DNA of 63,735 nt, filler included, from Octopus bimaculoides (Eukaryota), in assembly GCF_001194135.2 (NCBI RefSeq). It is 7 parts of 6 records of this genome, joined end to end, with 100 filler letters (N's around TTAATTAATTAA, not from the genome) between each part and the next. Parts side by side here need not be neighbours in the genome. Positions count along the whole stretch, not along the records: positions 49,810 to 56,789 come from NC_068997.1; positions 56,890 to 61,412 come from NC_068997.1; positions 61,513 to 63,735 come from NC_068988.1; 4 more parts are not named here. The stretch is one strand, 5' to 3'. The notes under the pieces are model-generated. The model worked only from the letters and a program-made list of their open reading frames with translations, did no database searches and was not told where the DNA came from. This document shows, piece by piece, positions 51,600 through 63,684 of the stretch (positions within the stretch are counted from its first letter, which is position 1; every line of letters starts with the position of its first letter). The position numbers and the translations under genes were made by a program.

Positions 51600-52290
51600 T
51601 TGAATAGAATTGAAGAAAAGGAATTATGCAAACTGAGATTTCTCCTCTTCATGTCTGGAAAATTTGTAAGAGAAAAAAAGCATTATAAGAAATGCAGTGA
51701 CATGGATAGTTCCACAGAGACCAAGAATATGAGGAAAAATTACACTGAGTGTGACTTGCTCCAAAGTGAAGATTTAAAGAGAGAAACCGAGAATTTGTTA
51801 GTGGCTCCTCGAGATCAAGCATTAGTCACTAATTCAGTGAGGAAAAGTATTTGTTTCACTGCTACAACGAACAATCAGCCAGTGGAAAATATTAATAATT
51901 TGGTACCAGACAAGGAAATATTAACTCAGAGGTTTTTCAAGCGACAATATGATATTTATCTGGTTAGTTTATTAAATATACTGGTCAGTTTATAAAATAT
52001 ATGGATACAGACTAGGAACATAGAGTACAGACTAGGAACATAGAGTACAGACAGGGGACATAATCACGTTGTCGAAAAAGTTAAAATGAATCCTGTGAAC
52101 CAGAAAACCCTATGTTAATTTCATATTCCAACAGACTGAAAAATTGATCTTCGTAGACTAGATATCATCATATATGGTATTAAAAGAGGTAATGCTCCAT
52201 AATGGACGTTACAATTTCATCATTCAAAATTATTACAAAGACAATATAAATTTCGAAATGTCCTGAATTAAAAATTGTAACATTAGATAC
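51600..52290 (+). mobile_element. Old R4-like RLE fragment
   Basis: LLQSEDLKRETENLLVAPRDQALVTNSVRKSI, and later FHIPTD.KIDLRRLDII. Confidence 0.7.
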
Positions 52291-52444
52291 GTAGTGAAAC
52301 AGCAGCAAAATCGTGATCGTACAATATCTGTCTTCTGCGGAACTGCTCTATTAGACCGACCCTCTATGTATAAGATCATTTGAGGGCTGACAGACGACTA
52401 AAACAAGTAACAGCAAAAGCGATATTTCAATAAGCAATATATTA

Positions 52445-52715
52445 ACAACAAATATACTCATTTACTTGTTTCAGTCATTTGACTTTGGCCATACTGGAGC
52501 ACCGGCTTTAGTCGAGCAAATCGACCCCAGGAATTATTCCTTGTAAGCCTAGTACTTATTCTATCGGTCTCTTTAGCCGAACCGCTAAGTTACGGGGACG
52601 TAAACACACAAACATGTACACACACATACAAACATATACACACACATACCTATATATATATATATACATATATACGATGGGCCTCTTTCAGTTTCCGTCT
52701 ACCAAATCCACTCAC
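52445..52715 (-). mobile_element. SINE family B, 3' two-thirds with internal (CA)/(TA) tract
   Basis: 'ttgtttcagtcatttgactttggccatactggagcaccggctttagtcgagcaaatcgacccc...gccgaaccgctaagttacggggacgtaaac'. Confidence 0.88.
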
Positions 52716-52777
52716 GGTGGTGGTGGTGGTGATGATGATGATGATAATGATGATGATGATAATAATAATAATAATCA

Positions 52778-52838
<61 letters not shown>

Positions 52839-52853
52839 GATAATAATAATAAT

Positions 52854-52900
<47 letters not shown>
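52715..52900. repeat. Compound (GGT)(GAT)(TAA)(CTA)(TAA) microsatellite
   Basis: Read directly from the sequence. Confidence 0.95.
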
Positions 52901-52901
<1 letters not shown>

Positions 52902-53095
52902 TTCTATGAAAAGCACAAGGCCGGGAATTTTGGGGGAGGGGACTAGTTGATAACATCACTCATAGTGTTTCAGTGGTACTTAATTTATCGACCCTGAAAA
53001 GATGATTGGCAAAGTCGACCTCGGCAGAACTCAGAACATTAAGACCAACGAAATATCGCTAAGTATTTTGCCTGGAATGCTAAGGATACAGCCAG
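52901..53095 (-). mobile_element. SINE family A
   Basis: Tail abuts (TAA)n; core 'ggtacttaatttatcgaccctgaaaagatg'. Confidence 0.8.
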
Positions 53096-53100
53096 ATCGC

Positions 53101-53123
53101 CATGATGATGATGATGATGATGC

Positions 53124-53156
<33 letters not shown>

Positions 53157-53168
53157 CGATGATGATAC

Positions 53169-53199
<31 letters not shown>

Positions 53200-53201
53200 A
53201 C

Positions 53202-53238
<37 letters not shown>
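53101..53238. repeat. (GAT)n microsatellite
   Basis: Read directly from the sequence. Confidence 0.95.
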
Positions 53239-53239
53239 C

Positions 53240-53550
53240 TCCTGTGCAAAATCAATCCCCCGTTCTCATGCATTCTGATCTCAACTGATTGCAAGAATTA
53301 TCATGTATACGATCTGTCTTGGTGAAAAAAGATGGGCTACAGCAAATATTCTGCTCAATACCACTAATTTACTTGTCAGTTGTCTGACCTTAACCAGTTG
53401 AGCAAGTCCATTAGTAGCTGACAATATATGCGTTTCTGATCACGAGCAAGAATAGTGGGGAGGGGGTGCATTCTTTGAGGTTTGAATAATTCACCTCTGG
53501 AAACATGGGTGTTTCGTCACTTTGATGGCATGCAATGCTCTGTCACTCAC

Positions 53551-53606
<56 letters not shown>
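53240..53606 (+). mobile_element. Repeat C, internally deleted copy with (TAA)n tail
   Basis: Matches 43750-44030, then jumps to the 3' end 'tcactttgatggcatgcaatgctctgtcactcactaataataat'. Confidence 0.75.
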
Positions 53607-53608
<2 letters not shown>

Positions 53609-53835
53609 CTTTCTAATTTTGGCAGAAGACCAAAATTTAAGGGAGGGAGATGTAGGCAGCATTGAATTATTAATTAGTTCTTATTCTATGGACCTCGAAA
53701 TAAGGAAATAATACTAGTTAAAAATCTTGGCACAAGGCCAGTAATTTCGGGGGAGAGCGTAAGTCGACTACATCGACCCCAGTGCTCAACTGGTACTTAT
53801 CTTATCAAAGGGATGAAAGGCAAAGTCGATCCCTT
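53607..53835 (-). mobile_element. Two adjacent SINE family A fragments
   Basis: 'tttctaattttggcagaagacc' and 'ggcacaaggccagtaatttcgggggag...atcgaccccagtgctcaactggtacttatc'. Confidence 0.7.
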
Positions 53836-53866
53836 GTGTATTTGATAGAATGAAAATATAATGACA

Positions 53867-53873
53867 GAAAGAA

Positions 53874-53908
<35 letters not shown>

Positions 53909-54005
53909 AGAAGAAGAAGAAGAAGAAGAAGAAGAAAAAAAGAAGAAGAAGAAGAAGAAGAAGAAGAAGAAGAAGAAGAAGAAGAAGAAGAAGAAGAAGA
54001 AGAAA
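53867..54005. repeat. (GAA)n polypurine microsatellite
   Basis: Read directly from the sequence. Confidence 0.95.
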
Positions 54006-54221
54006 AAGAGGGGAGGAGGATGACGACTACCATGGCAACAATGACAAAGAGGAAGCGGAGGAGTGTGACGGCGACGTCGTTCATGACGACCACGCTGATG
54101 GTGTAAATGATAAAGGGAAATAGGACATATCTCCCACACAAACGCAAACATTTACATGTAAAGGCTAACCTAGTGCATAAATTACAATATGTTTACAATG
54201 CTCTTAGGTTACAATATGGTT

Positions 54222-54895
54222 ACGAGGTGGTATCGAAATGTTACCGTACTAGTTACGTTTAATAAAAAAAATAATTTATTTACCTAAGTTTTAACATCAA
54301 CTTCGAAATAGTCACCTTGCGCAGCAATACACCGTTCCCAGCATTCCTGCAATTTGGGGAATCCGGCCTAAATGTAGTTTTCCGTAAGCGAAACGAAAAT
54401 CTGGATCTCAACAACGGTGTTAAAACTGTGACCTTTGAACTGCATTTTCATCATGGGGTAGTGATGCAAGTCCGCAGGTGCTAAATCTTGGAAGGTGATA
54501 CCATGTTGTTTTTGGCGATAAACTCACAAGTGTAGAAAGTTCGATAATAGGGTGCATTGTCGTCTTGAAGAATCCGGTTCTTCACGGTCCGCAGATACGG
54601 TCGCTTTCTCTGTATGTCTTCCAAAACGCTTCAGAAATTCGTTGTACAACTCTTGATTGATGGTCTGGTCCTGGGGACAAATTTTCGATGCTCAATACAG
54701 TAGATGTCGAAAAAATACAATGAGCGTTCCCATGATTGAGCCGCAGTTCCGTCGTGCCTCCTTTTTGTTCGAGGAGATGAAGGACACTTCCATTGGGATG
54801 ACTGATGCTTCGTCTCAGAGTTGTGCGCGTCGACCCAACTCTCGTCACCGATGATGATCCGCAACGTGAAGGATAGATCATCAGCAGTGCCTGGG
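54222..54895 (-). mobile_element. Mariner transposon relic with DDD catalytic motifs and 3' TIR
   Basis: IIIGDESWV, LQDDNAP and QDLAPAD across frameshifts; TIR-like 'tacgaggtggtatcgaaatgttaccgtactag' at 54222. Confidence 0.85.
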
Positions 54896-55364
54896 CCGAC
54901 TATTGTCTTGTGAAATAAACTGTGTTCCTATGTGCACACGTCTTTGTCTTTGAATTTGCGTTTATACCTCGCACAGCTAGATTATCAGCGTTGGATAATT
55001 TCTGTCCCTGTAAATTAAAAGTGCAGCTAAAAAAGTGCACATTAGAATAAATACCAGATTGCATAGATATGCACGTAACATGGTCGATTCGTCCGACTAA
55101 ACACTTTCAGGCGTTGCCCCAGCACGACCACAATCCGAAAATTTCAACAAACAAAAGATAAAAGAGAAATGGAGAGAAATGGTTGCCAAGAGATCTATCA
55201 TACTTTCCAAGAGATGCCAAATGCGTTGACGTCGTCCTACAACCTGATCTTTAAGTTAAGAGCGTAAAGTAAGGCACCGCTTGGCATATACTCTTGTATA
55301 ATAAATTGTTCTATTTTATTTTACACATATGTGTACATGAGTAAGTATATACGCACACACATAC

Positions 55365-55530
55365 ATAGTGGCAGTGTGTTAAGTAACTTACTTACCAACC
55401 ACATGGTTCCGGTTTCGGTTCCACGCAGTGGAACCTTCGGCAGGTGCCTTCAACTATAGCCTCGGGCCGACCAAAGCCGTGTGAGTGGATTTGGTAAACA
55501 GAAACTGAAAGAAGCCCGTCGTGTATATAT

Positions 55531-55572
<42 letters not shown>

Positions 55573-55800
55573 CTGTGTGTGTGTGTGTGTGTGTGATTGC
55601 ATGTCTTTGTTTGCCCCCCCCCACCATCGCTTGAAAACCAATGTTGGTCTGTCTGTTTACGTCCCCGTAATCTAGCGGTTCGGCAAAAGAGACCAAAAGA
55701 ATAAGTACTAGGCTTACAAAGAATAAGTCCTTGGGGTCGATTTGTTCGACTAAAGGCGGTACTCCAGCATGGCCGCAGTCAAGTGACTGAAACAAATAAC
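55365..55800 (+). mobile_element. SINE family B, near full length (tRNA-like head, CORE-like block, internal (TG)n, LINE-like tail)
   Basis: Head 'ttaccaaccacatggttccggtttcggttcc', block 'ctatagcctcgggccgaccaaagcc', tail 'ggcggtactccagcatggccgcagtcaagtgactgaaac'. Confidence 0.9.
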
Positions 55801-55842
55801 AATAAAAAGAATAAAACAAAAAATATATATCCTTGTGTTCTT

Positions 55843-56220
55843 TCACTTGTTTCAGTCATGCTGGAGCATCGCCTTGGATTTTAGTACAACGAATCGACCC
55901 ATGTACATTTTTTTTCTTAAGGTTAGTACTTATCCTATCGTTCTTTTGCCGAACCGCTAATTTACACGGAGGTAAACACACCACGAGTGATTGTTAAGCA
56001 GTGGTGGGCGCCAAACACAAACACAAACACACATGCACATATATAGATACATACACGAAAGGCTTCTTTCAGTTTCCCACCACCAAATCCACTCACAATG
56101 TCTTCGTCAGCCCGAGGATATAGTAGAAGACACTTGCCCAAGTTGCCACGTAGTGAGACTGAACCTAGAACCATGAGGTTGGCAATGCAAACTTATCACA
56201 CGGCCGCTCCTGCGCCTATA
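55843..56220 (-). mobile_element. SINE family B, full length, inverted relative to 55365-55800
   Basis: Reverse-complement match from tail 'ttgtttcagtcatgctggagcatcgcc' to head 'cggccgctcctgcgcctata'. Confidence 0.88.
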
Positions 56221-58054
56221 CGTACATATGTATATATGAACATACATATGTATATATATTTCTGCTTAAACATATATGTACATATTTCCTTGTGTATGTT
56301 TGTATGTATATAAGTGCATGTGTGTGTGTGTGTATGTATGTGCCTGAATAAGTTATATGCATTCACATGCATATACATATATAACACATCATCTATTACA
56401 AATTAATTTTCAACGCGGACTTAAAGGCTTTTAGAGTGATTCGTACAGTTCACATATCATATATCGCACTTGGCTGTAATTCAATCTCTCCTGATTGCTA
56501 GAGCCTTGTCTCGTATGCTACACTGTAGACGGAGAACCTGATTACGTACATATAAAAAAAAATTTGCGTTGCAGTTCATGGAGTAAGAGATTATTGGGGT
56601 TTGAAATTAGTATAATCTCGGGCGATTATTTCACTGGTCATGTCTAAAAATCTTTCAGTGCAGAAGCTGTTCTACGATTTTCATTGAGAAACAGAAGCAA
56701 TATATATATATATATACATGCATAATTACACATCCAAACACACACACAGGCACAAACATACACAACATATATATATATATATATATATANNNNNNNNNNN
56801 NNNNNNNNNNNNNNNNNNNNNNNNNNNNNNNNNTTAATTAATTAANNNNNNNNNNNNNNNNNNNNNNNNNNNNNNNNNNNNNNNNNNNNATACACACACA
56901 TATATCTGCACGTATATAACCCCGTGCAAGTAATGGCTGTCATAAATGCATAAGTGTATGTGCATATATGCATGCAAGCATGATTCGCATCAATATTCCT
57001 TTTGTTCATTCTATGCTATATATACCACATACGCCATATACACCTGTCTTTGTCCTTGCGAAATCAAAGCCAGGAATGTTCAATGATTATTCTTTATCGC
57101 TTCGCTATTAATGTCTCCAAAACCTATTTTCGCTAACAGTTTGTTTGTGCTTTTGTTAGTTCGCTTAACACTTTGTTCATTAAGCTATCATTCATTTATT
57201 TCATGTATATGTTTCATGTATATATTTATGCATTTATTTATCTTCTGTTTTCACATACTTTTTTTTTTTTTACCCGTTCTTGATATCTCTGTATTTATAT
57301 AGTTTTTGCTGCTGTTTTGTATATTTTCCTTTTTTTTCTCTTTCGCTCCAAGCTGTCTCCTCTAGTCTGAGTTTGATGCATACAATATTCTATTATTTTC
57401 TATCTTAGAGATTTGTGAATGGCTGGATTGCATAAAGGTACGCGTAGCAGAATAACAAGTTAAATCTAACTGTCCGCAGTCCTTTACTAGAAATCCGTTC
57501 CAGTGTTCTATTGTAGCTGCACTTAAGACATTTTCAATAAAATTAGGTCCGAAACGGTCCTCTGCTTAACACTAAAGGACAATAGCTGTCGCGTAAAGCT
57601 ACATTCGTCTTGATTTCTCCGCATTGTAGTCATCCACAGAATCAACAGACACGGAGACAAGAGCTAACAAAGGGAACCTAAAATTAATATAATTGGTGCA
57701 TCTACTAGAAATAGCAACCGAATGCTCTTCATAGCAAATGCAAACGTGTTAGAAAAGGAAAGGCACATTGGATAATATAGTACTTCATACTCTGAAGATC
57801 TTGTGGGGCACGGGTGAAATGTTTCCTCATCACAGATCAAATGCATTTGATTAAAGATTTCCTAGTTTAGAGTTGTATGTGTGTATGTGACTTCTTATAT
57901 TCAGATGGGAAACGCTATAAACTATACTAAAATAATTGCATATGCAAAGGGAAGTAACACACGGAAGAAACGCACCTCTGATAAAACTTAATACATTTAT
58001 TGAAGGAAATATCCTTTCTTCAGAAAACCTGAAAATTTGGAGAACGATGCAAGT

Positions 58055-58215
58055 CAATTACATTGACCCAAGTGCAGGACTGGTAATCATTGTTTTCGAC
58101 TCCGAAAGGATGAAAGGCAAAGTCGATCTCGGTGGAATTTGAAATCTGAACGTGAAACTGGAAGATGTGCTGCACTGCATTTTGTCTAGAGTGTGAAAGT
58201 GAAACTCGCCACAAT
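58055..58215 (-). mobile_element. SINE family A, degenerate
   Basis: 'cgactccgaaaggatgaaaggcaaagtcgatctcggtggaatttgaaatctgaacgt'. Confidence 0.75.
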
Positions 58216-58369
58216 TGGATTAAACTGATAGCTAGAAAGAACGATGAGAGTTAAACAGTTAAATAATCTATTAATATAGCACGGGATGCTATATTATATA
58301 CGACACGATCTGTGTCCTTATATTTTCGAACAAGGGAATCTAGCACCCCCACTCAGCTCAAAACAATAT

Positions 58370-58412
58370 CTGTGTATCGCGCTTTCTGGGTTATTTCCCT
58401 TCATCAGCACAG
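58370..58412 (-). ncRNA. Minimal hammerhead-like motif (Penelope-type), one stem III mismatch
   Basis: Minus strand CUGUG-CUGAUGA-AGGGAAAUAACCCA-GAAA-GCGCGA-UA/CACAG, with a 5-bp stem I. Confidence 0.5.
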
Positions 58413-58575
58413 AATAATTGCTCGGCTAGATCGTGTCGTATAGCCAGCTGGAGACGATATCGCCGGGGGCTAAATTACAGCAACATTAGTCCTAAACCAG
58501 GACTGCCATTTTATGTTGGCAAACAATCTTTACTACAAAGTACTGTTGCTGAATATCACACGTTGTGAGATTTTA

Positions 58576-58607
<32 letters not shown>

Positions 58608-58671
58608 NNNNNNNNNNNNNNNNNNNNNNNNNNNNNNNNNNNNNNNNNNNNNNNNNNNNNNNNNNNNNNNN

Positions 58672-58714
<43 letters not shown>

Positions 58715-58731
58715 CAGAGGAGAGAGAGATA

Positions 58732-58773
<42 letters not shown>

Positions 58774-59929
58774 ACTTATGTATGTATCTGCAGAATTCTT
58801 ATGGGAAATGATGGAATTCGAAGCTTATAAAACTATAATTAATAACGTGTAAAAGTTGATTTAAAAGTCTTTTGGAAAGATATAATCGAAAGTAGCCGTT
58901 GGACAAGCACCTAGGTTTTCTATCCAATGGAATTTTAAAAACCAATATTCTCACGGTGTTAGTCATAGCATTATCTGGTTCGAGTCTTACCATTCTAAGA
59001 AAATAATTATTTTTTCATTCTCTCGAACTTTCTAAATTCTAAAAACGCCAACCATATATGTGTGTGTGTGTGTGTGTGAGTGCGTTTAAGTTTCGCTGAA
59101 TATGCAGGAGAAATAGAATTTAATACACGAGTATGTACTATTTTGTATAACGTTCTTAATGAGAAATGAGTTATAGCATTGACTCAAGGTCTAAGAGTTT
59201 CGTACTGAAAAATTGTTCTCTGCCCTACAGTTTCCATATGCATACATATATACGTATATGCATTTCTATCTATCTATCTATCCATCCATCTATTTATCTA
59301 TCTATCTATCTATCTATTTACACACACACACACACACGCACACTAACCCACCCACACTCACACATTTATACACACACACTTATACGAATATATGGGACAA
59401 ACAGTTGAGTCTTAATTATTATAATTGTTAATCTGACAGTAGAATATTAGTAACGTGATATAATAATGCATCTCCTACTGGCGTTTCTTTTGTCCATATA
59501 CTACGCTACATCAAAATCCTATTGACACACTCTATCTGCTCGAGCGTCAGCTAATCTCAAGCCATTTGTATCAATAAATATGTCATTTTTCTACCAATTT
59601 TCATTTGAAAGCATAAAGCACACCGCACACCGTGGTTTTTATGACACTCGGAAAACCTTCTCATCCAGCAAGAATCACAGCGAAGCCTGCTCGTTTTCGA
59701 TATCATTACTGACCGCCTAAAAAATCGAAAAAATAATCACTAGAAATAAAGGAAAAATAAAATAAATATTATACCGGGCGAGTGTCACTGCAACCTCAGT
59801 GGACAATACAATGCCAAGATGTAGACTTTATGCCTCATAAACCACATCTCTTTTAATTAAGTCAGACTGTTTCTTTGTTACATGTCTGTCACACCTGTGT
59901 AGAATAGTGTCTCGCTTCGTTTGACGATA

Positions 59930-60433
59930 TCAACGTTTCTTTTTTCCGTATTTATTAAACATGTACGAAGCTGAACCAGACTTATAGAAAATCAATTTCT
60001 CTTTTTTACCACTTACTGTTACCCTGTATATGAAGCTTGTTGAATTTTTAGATAACGAAATAAAATAAAAATTCAGTCGATTTTGTTGGGCGCTAACCAA
60101 GCGAAATTCATTCTTCACAAAGTCAATGAACATTTGTAAAAAATTTAAAGCGAATAAAATAAATTATCGAATTGAAAAGATTATGTAACTCTTAATGGGT
60201 GTTTTGAAAATATTTTCCCCCAAAAGATAAAAAAGACCAAAAAATATTAAAATACACAGATACAATGACAGTGAAAGCTTTGTCTTATTGTAGAGTGTGA
60301 AGATATTTAACACCTCTTCAAAACTTTGATTTGTAATATTGGACAAAGCTATATTTATTAAATATACTGGAATTGTCAAGCAGAGTCGAATATTGTGACC
60401 ACAGTATTTTTCTATTTGTCTGGTATTTAATTC
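59930..60433 (-). pseudogene. Candidate decayed coding exon, hydrophobic product of unknown family
   Basis: ORF-track entries 60164..60379 and 59930..60133 are in the same frame, giving 168 codons with a single internal TAA (60164-60166), preceded by 'ttgatag'. Confidence 0.3.
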
Positions 60434-60499
60434 CTATCAACCTTGAGAGCAAAATTTATTCTCACTGAATTTGGATTTAAATCTCAAGGAAACACGCGA

Positions 60500-60770
60500 A
60501 TTCATTTTATTAAAAGGATGAAAGGTAAAATTGAAATCGGCTGCATTTGAACTCAGAATATAAAGGGCGGATGAAATGCCGCCAAGCATTTTGACTCGAC
60601 GCACTCAACTCAGCTCATTCACAGTCGGGAGAGCGTTACAAGAGATCTATCCCTGAGCTAGATTTATACTTATTTCATCGACTCCTAAAGGATGACAAGC
60701 GAAGTTGACCTGGGCAAGATTGAAAAGTTTAGAGTATAAAGAACCGTAGCAGATAGAGCAACAAATTTAA
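60500..60770 (-). mobile_element. Two degenerate SINE family A fragments in tandem
   Basis: 'aaaggatgaaaggtaaaattgaaatcggctgcatttgaactcagaat' and 'atcgactcctaaaggatgacaagcgaagttgacctgggc'. Confidence 0.65.
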
Positions 60771-60947
60771 TTAAACGTTCTAACGATTTTATCTAACTAT
60801 CCATTGTTAATGAATGATATTATTGATTTCTTCCATATGCACAAAACAAGGAATTTATGATTGAGAATATTCGATTGTAATGGTTCTACTCATTGACAGA
60901 AAATTACATAATTGGCATTGAAATCCATACTCTGTGCGTGTGTGCGT

Positions 60948-60978
<31 letters not shown>

Positions 60979-61370
60979 AGTGTGTGTGTGTGTATGTGTG
61001 TTTGTGTGTGTGTGTGTGTATGTGTGTGTGGTATTTGAGCTCAGAAAGTAAAGACAAACGAAAAGCCGCTATGCATTATGTCCGGGGAGTTAACGATTCA
61101 ACCAACTCGCTGCCTATAATTGATGCTGAAATGATGAAAGAAAAAAAGGGTCGTAAGTAAATACAGCCATATATATGTGAAGTAACTACTTTCCGAAAAA
61201 TTTTGATGTGCTGTCAATAAAAGGGTCGTTCTTTGTGTTACTTGTCCCGTTCTCTATTTGTTTCTGTCGTCATTTGCGTATTCAACTCATTTCGTTTCGT
61301 ATTTCTTGTTGTTTACGGTTTGTGACATCCCGTATCGATATATGCATATATATATTATATTATAATATAT

Positions 61371-61412
<42 letters not shown>

Positions 61413-61512
61413 NNNNNNNNNNNNNNNNNNNNNNNNNNNNNNNNNNNNNNNNNNNNTTAATTAATTAANNNNNNNNNNNNNNNNNNNNNNNNNNNNNNNN
61501 NNNNNNNNNNNN

Positions 61513-61544
<32 letters not shown>

Positions 61545-61967
61545 TAAGCCATATTTCAATTAAGTCTGCTTCCCGGGTTTCTAGTTAATTAAATTTTAGG
61601 TGAATTAGGCCTTGCATATATCAACAGATATTCTATTTGATGTCTACATAAAGAACGAGCATAGTTACGGGGAAATTCACAGATTTCAAGTTCGCCACAG
61701 ATGCAAATGACGAAAAATAATCGTACGCCTTCTGTGGTCCGTGGACACCATGACTATCCCATTGCTGTGTTTTCACGCATATTGTTTATGTAGAAATTTT
61801 TTCTGCGGAGACGATTTGCATATCGAAGGTCGCTTCCTGTCGGAATATACAAGAACGTGTTAAATATATTTGTTCAACTAATGATGCTGTCAGTGGTGCT
61901 TCGTACGCCTCTATTTATGACGTACATGCATACACATATACCTACACATACATACATATACATAATG

Positions 61968-61999
<32 letters not shown>

Positions 62000-62054
62000 C
62001 ATACATACATACATACAGACAGACAAACACATACATATATAAATACATATATAC

Positions 62055-62415
62055 ATAGGCGCAGGATTACTGGTGTAATAAGACGTTTGATTCCCAACCA
62101 CGTGGCACATTGGGCAAGTGTCTTCTACTATAGACTTGCGCCTACCAAAGCCTTGTAAGTGGATGTGGTAGACGCAAACTGAAAGAAGATGTATATATAT
62201 ATATCTATGCGTGTATGACTATGCTTGTCCGTCAACCACCACCACTTGACAACCGGTGTTAGTGTGTCTACATCCCCGTAACCTAGCGGTTCAGCAAAAG
62301 AGGCCCATAAAATAATTACTATGCTTAAAACATAGTTACTGGTGTCGATTCCGACTAAGAAAAGTTCAAGGCAGTGCCCCAGCAACGCTGCAGTCTAATG
62401 ACTGAAACAGGCAAA
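62055..62415 (+). mobile_element. SINE family B, full length, degenerate
   Basis: 'ataggcgcaggattactgg...ggcacattgggcaagtgtcttctactatag...gcagtctaatgactgaaacagg'. Confidence 0.85.
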
Positions 62416-62525
62416 ATATAAAATATACATACATACATACTTGCATACATACATACATACATACATACATATACACGAAATGTATATATCCACGTTTTAT
62501 CATTAACTATACAGTCTGTGAAGCC

Positions 62526-62572
62526 TTGTAAAGTGAAACATTGTAAAGTGAAATATTGTAAAGTGAAACATG
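62526..62572. repeat. 15-bp minisatellite (ttgtaaagtgaaaca) x3
   Basis: Read directly from the sequence. Confidence 0.85.
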
Positions 62573-63139
62573 TACGTGTCATTGTGTGTGTATGTTTTCA
62601 GTGAACTATTTACTGCATGGGAGAAGGGAACGGAGATATATAGGCCTAATTGCCTCTGATGATTTTTAACGTACCAAAGATGACGGCAGAAATGGTCGTT
62701 CTAATGACTCGAAATAACAGCTATATTTTCTTCATTGTACGAACAAATCGAATAATTAATCGAAGCCTTAAGATAACAGAACAGATTTGCAAGATCTGTA
62801 ATACCGTTTATGAAAAATTTGCTCATTCGAAGAAAGATTGAAAATAATTATAACTAAATGGATATAGTAGTGTGACATGCAATGAGAAAATAGCATTAAA
62901 GCCACTGCAAGTGAAACTGTAGACCCTTAAAAACAAAATTATCTATAGACAGAATGCATCCATTATATAAAACAATTCGTGTCTGCTAGCGTCTGTAGAG
63001 GATATCCTACAAATAATACAAAGAAAAGTCTTACACTAGAGAGCGTAGATTGATAGAAGGATAATTATGTAGAGAACAGATTTTCTCATGGGTTAGTGCA
63101 TCGCTCTTAGCATTGCTACACTTTCGCTATTTGGAAGAA

Positions 63140-63400
63140 ACAACCTCAGATGTGTGACATTTGCTGAATGAGGGAGTTTGATGTTGCTGCCCTAATTTGC
63201 GTTTCCTGCCGCGATGTAAGTTCATCTAGAACACTTAAGAGGCGGAGGTTCAGATTTCTTTTGAAGATACCTATGCCCCCTCCCCCTATGGAGATACATG
63301 AGGCAGTTACCGTGGATAAAAATTTATCTCTGTTGTTTGAAAGGGGTAAAAACACCATAGCCGTCGAGTGCTTCCACATGTCGGATTCCTAGACACTGAT
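63140..63400 (-). mobile_element. CR1/L2-group LINE ORF2 C-terminal fragment, homologous to 18555-19045
   Basis: FKRNLNLRLLSVLDELTSRQETQIRAATSNSLIQQMSHI* versus LKSRLDLFLSRVPDEPTSRQEVQMRVATSNSILHQVPH. Confidence 0.8.
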
Positions 63401-63565
63401 GTTTCTTGGATTTTAATGGCAAATACCGAAGTGAGTCGACGAGGATTTTTCTACACAGTAACTGCAGTGAATTTGCCTTTAGCAGTTGAAATATTTCTCA
63501 AACATATTTTAAGTAATCTAAAGTTCGCTTATGGCAAAACACTCCTTGGCGCTGATATTACAGTA

Positions 63566-63603
<38 letters not shown>

Positions 63604-63684
63604 ATAATTATTACAAATTAAAAGGGTAAAGGATTATCAATTTATTAATTAATAAATCAATTGACAATTACACTTTACACTTTT

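Noticed and set aside
52008-52056. 19-bp direct repeats resembling a mini-array; similar 21-bp duplication at 40516-40556 and 12-bp repeats at about 11188-11222
   Set aside because: Head-to-tail duplications without spacers, consistent with slippage; not CRISPR-like.
60335-60370. VYLINIALSN as a class A GPCR TM2 motif
   Set aside because: The conserved Asp is absent and no convincing TM3 DRY-like or other motifs follow at the right spacing; family left unassigned.
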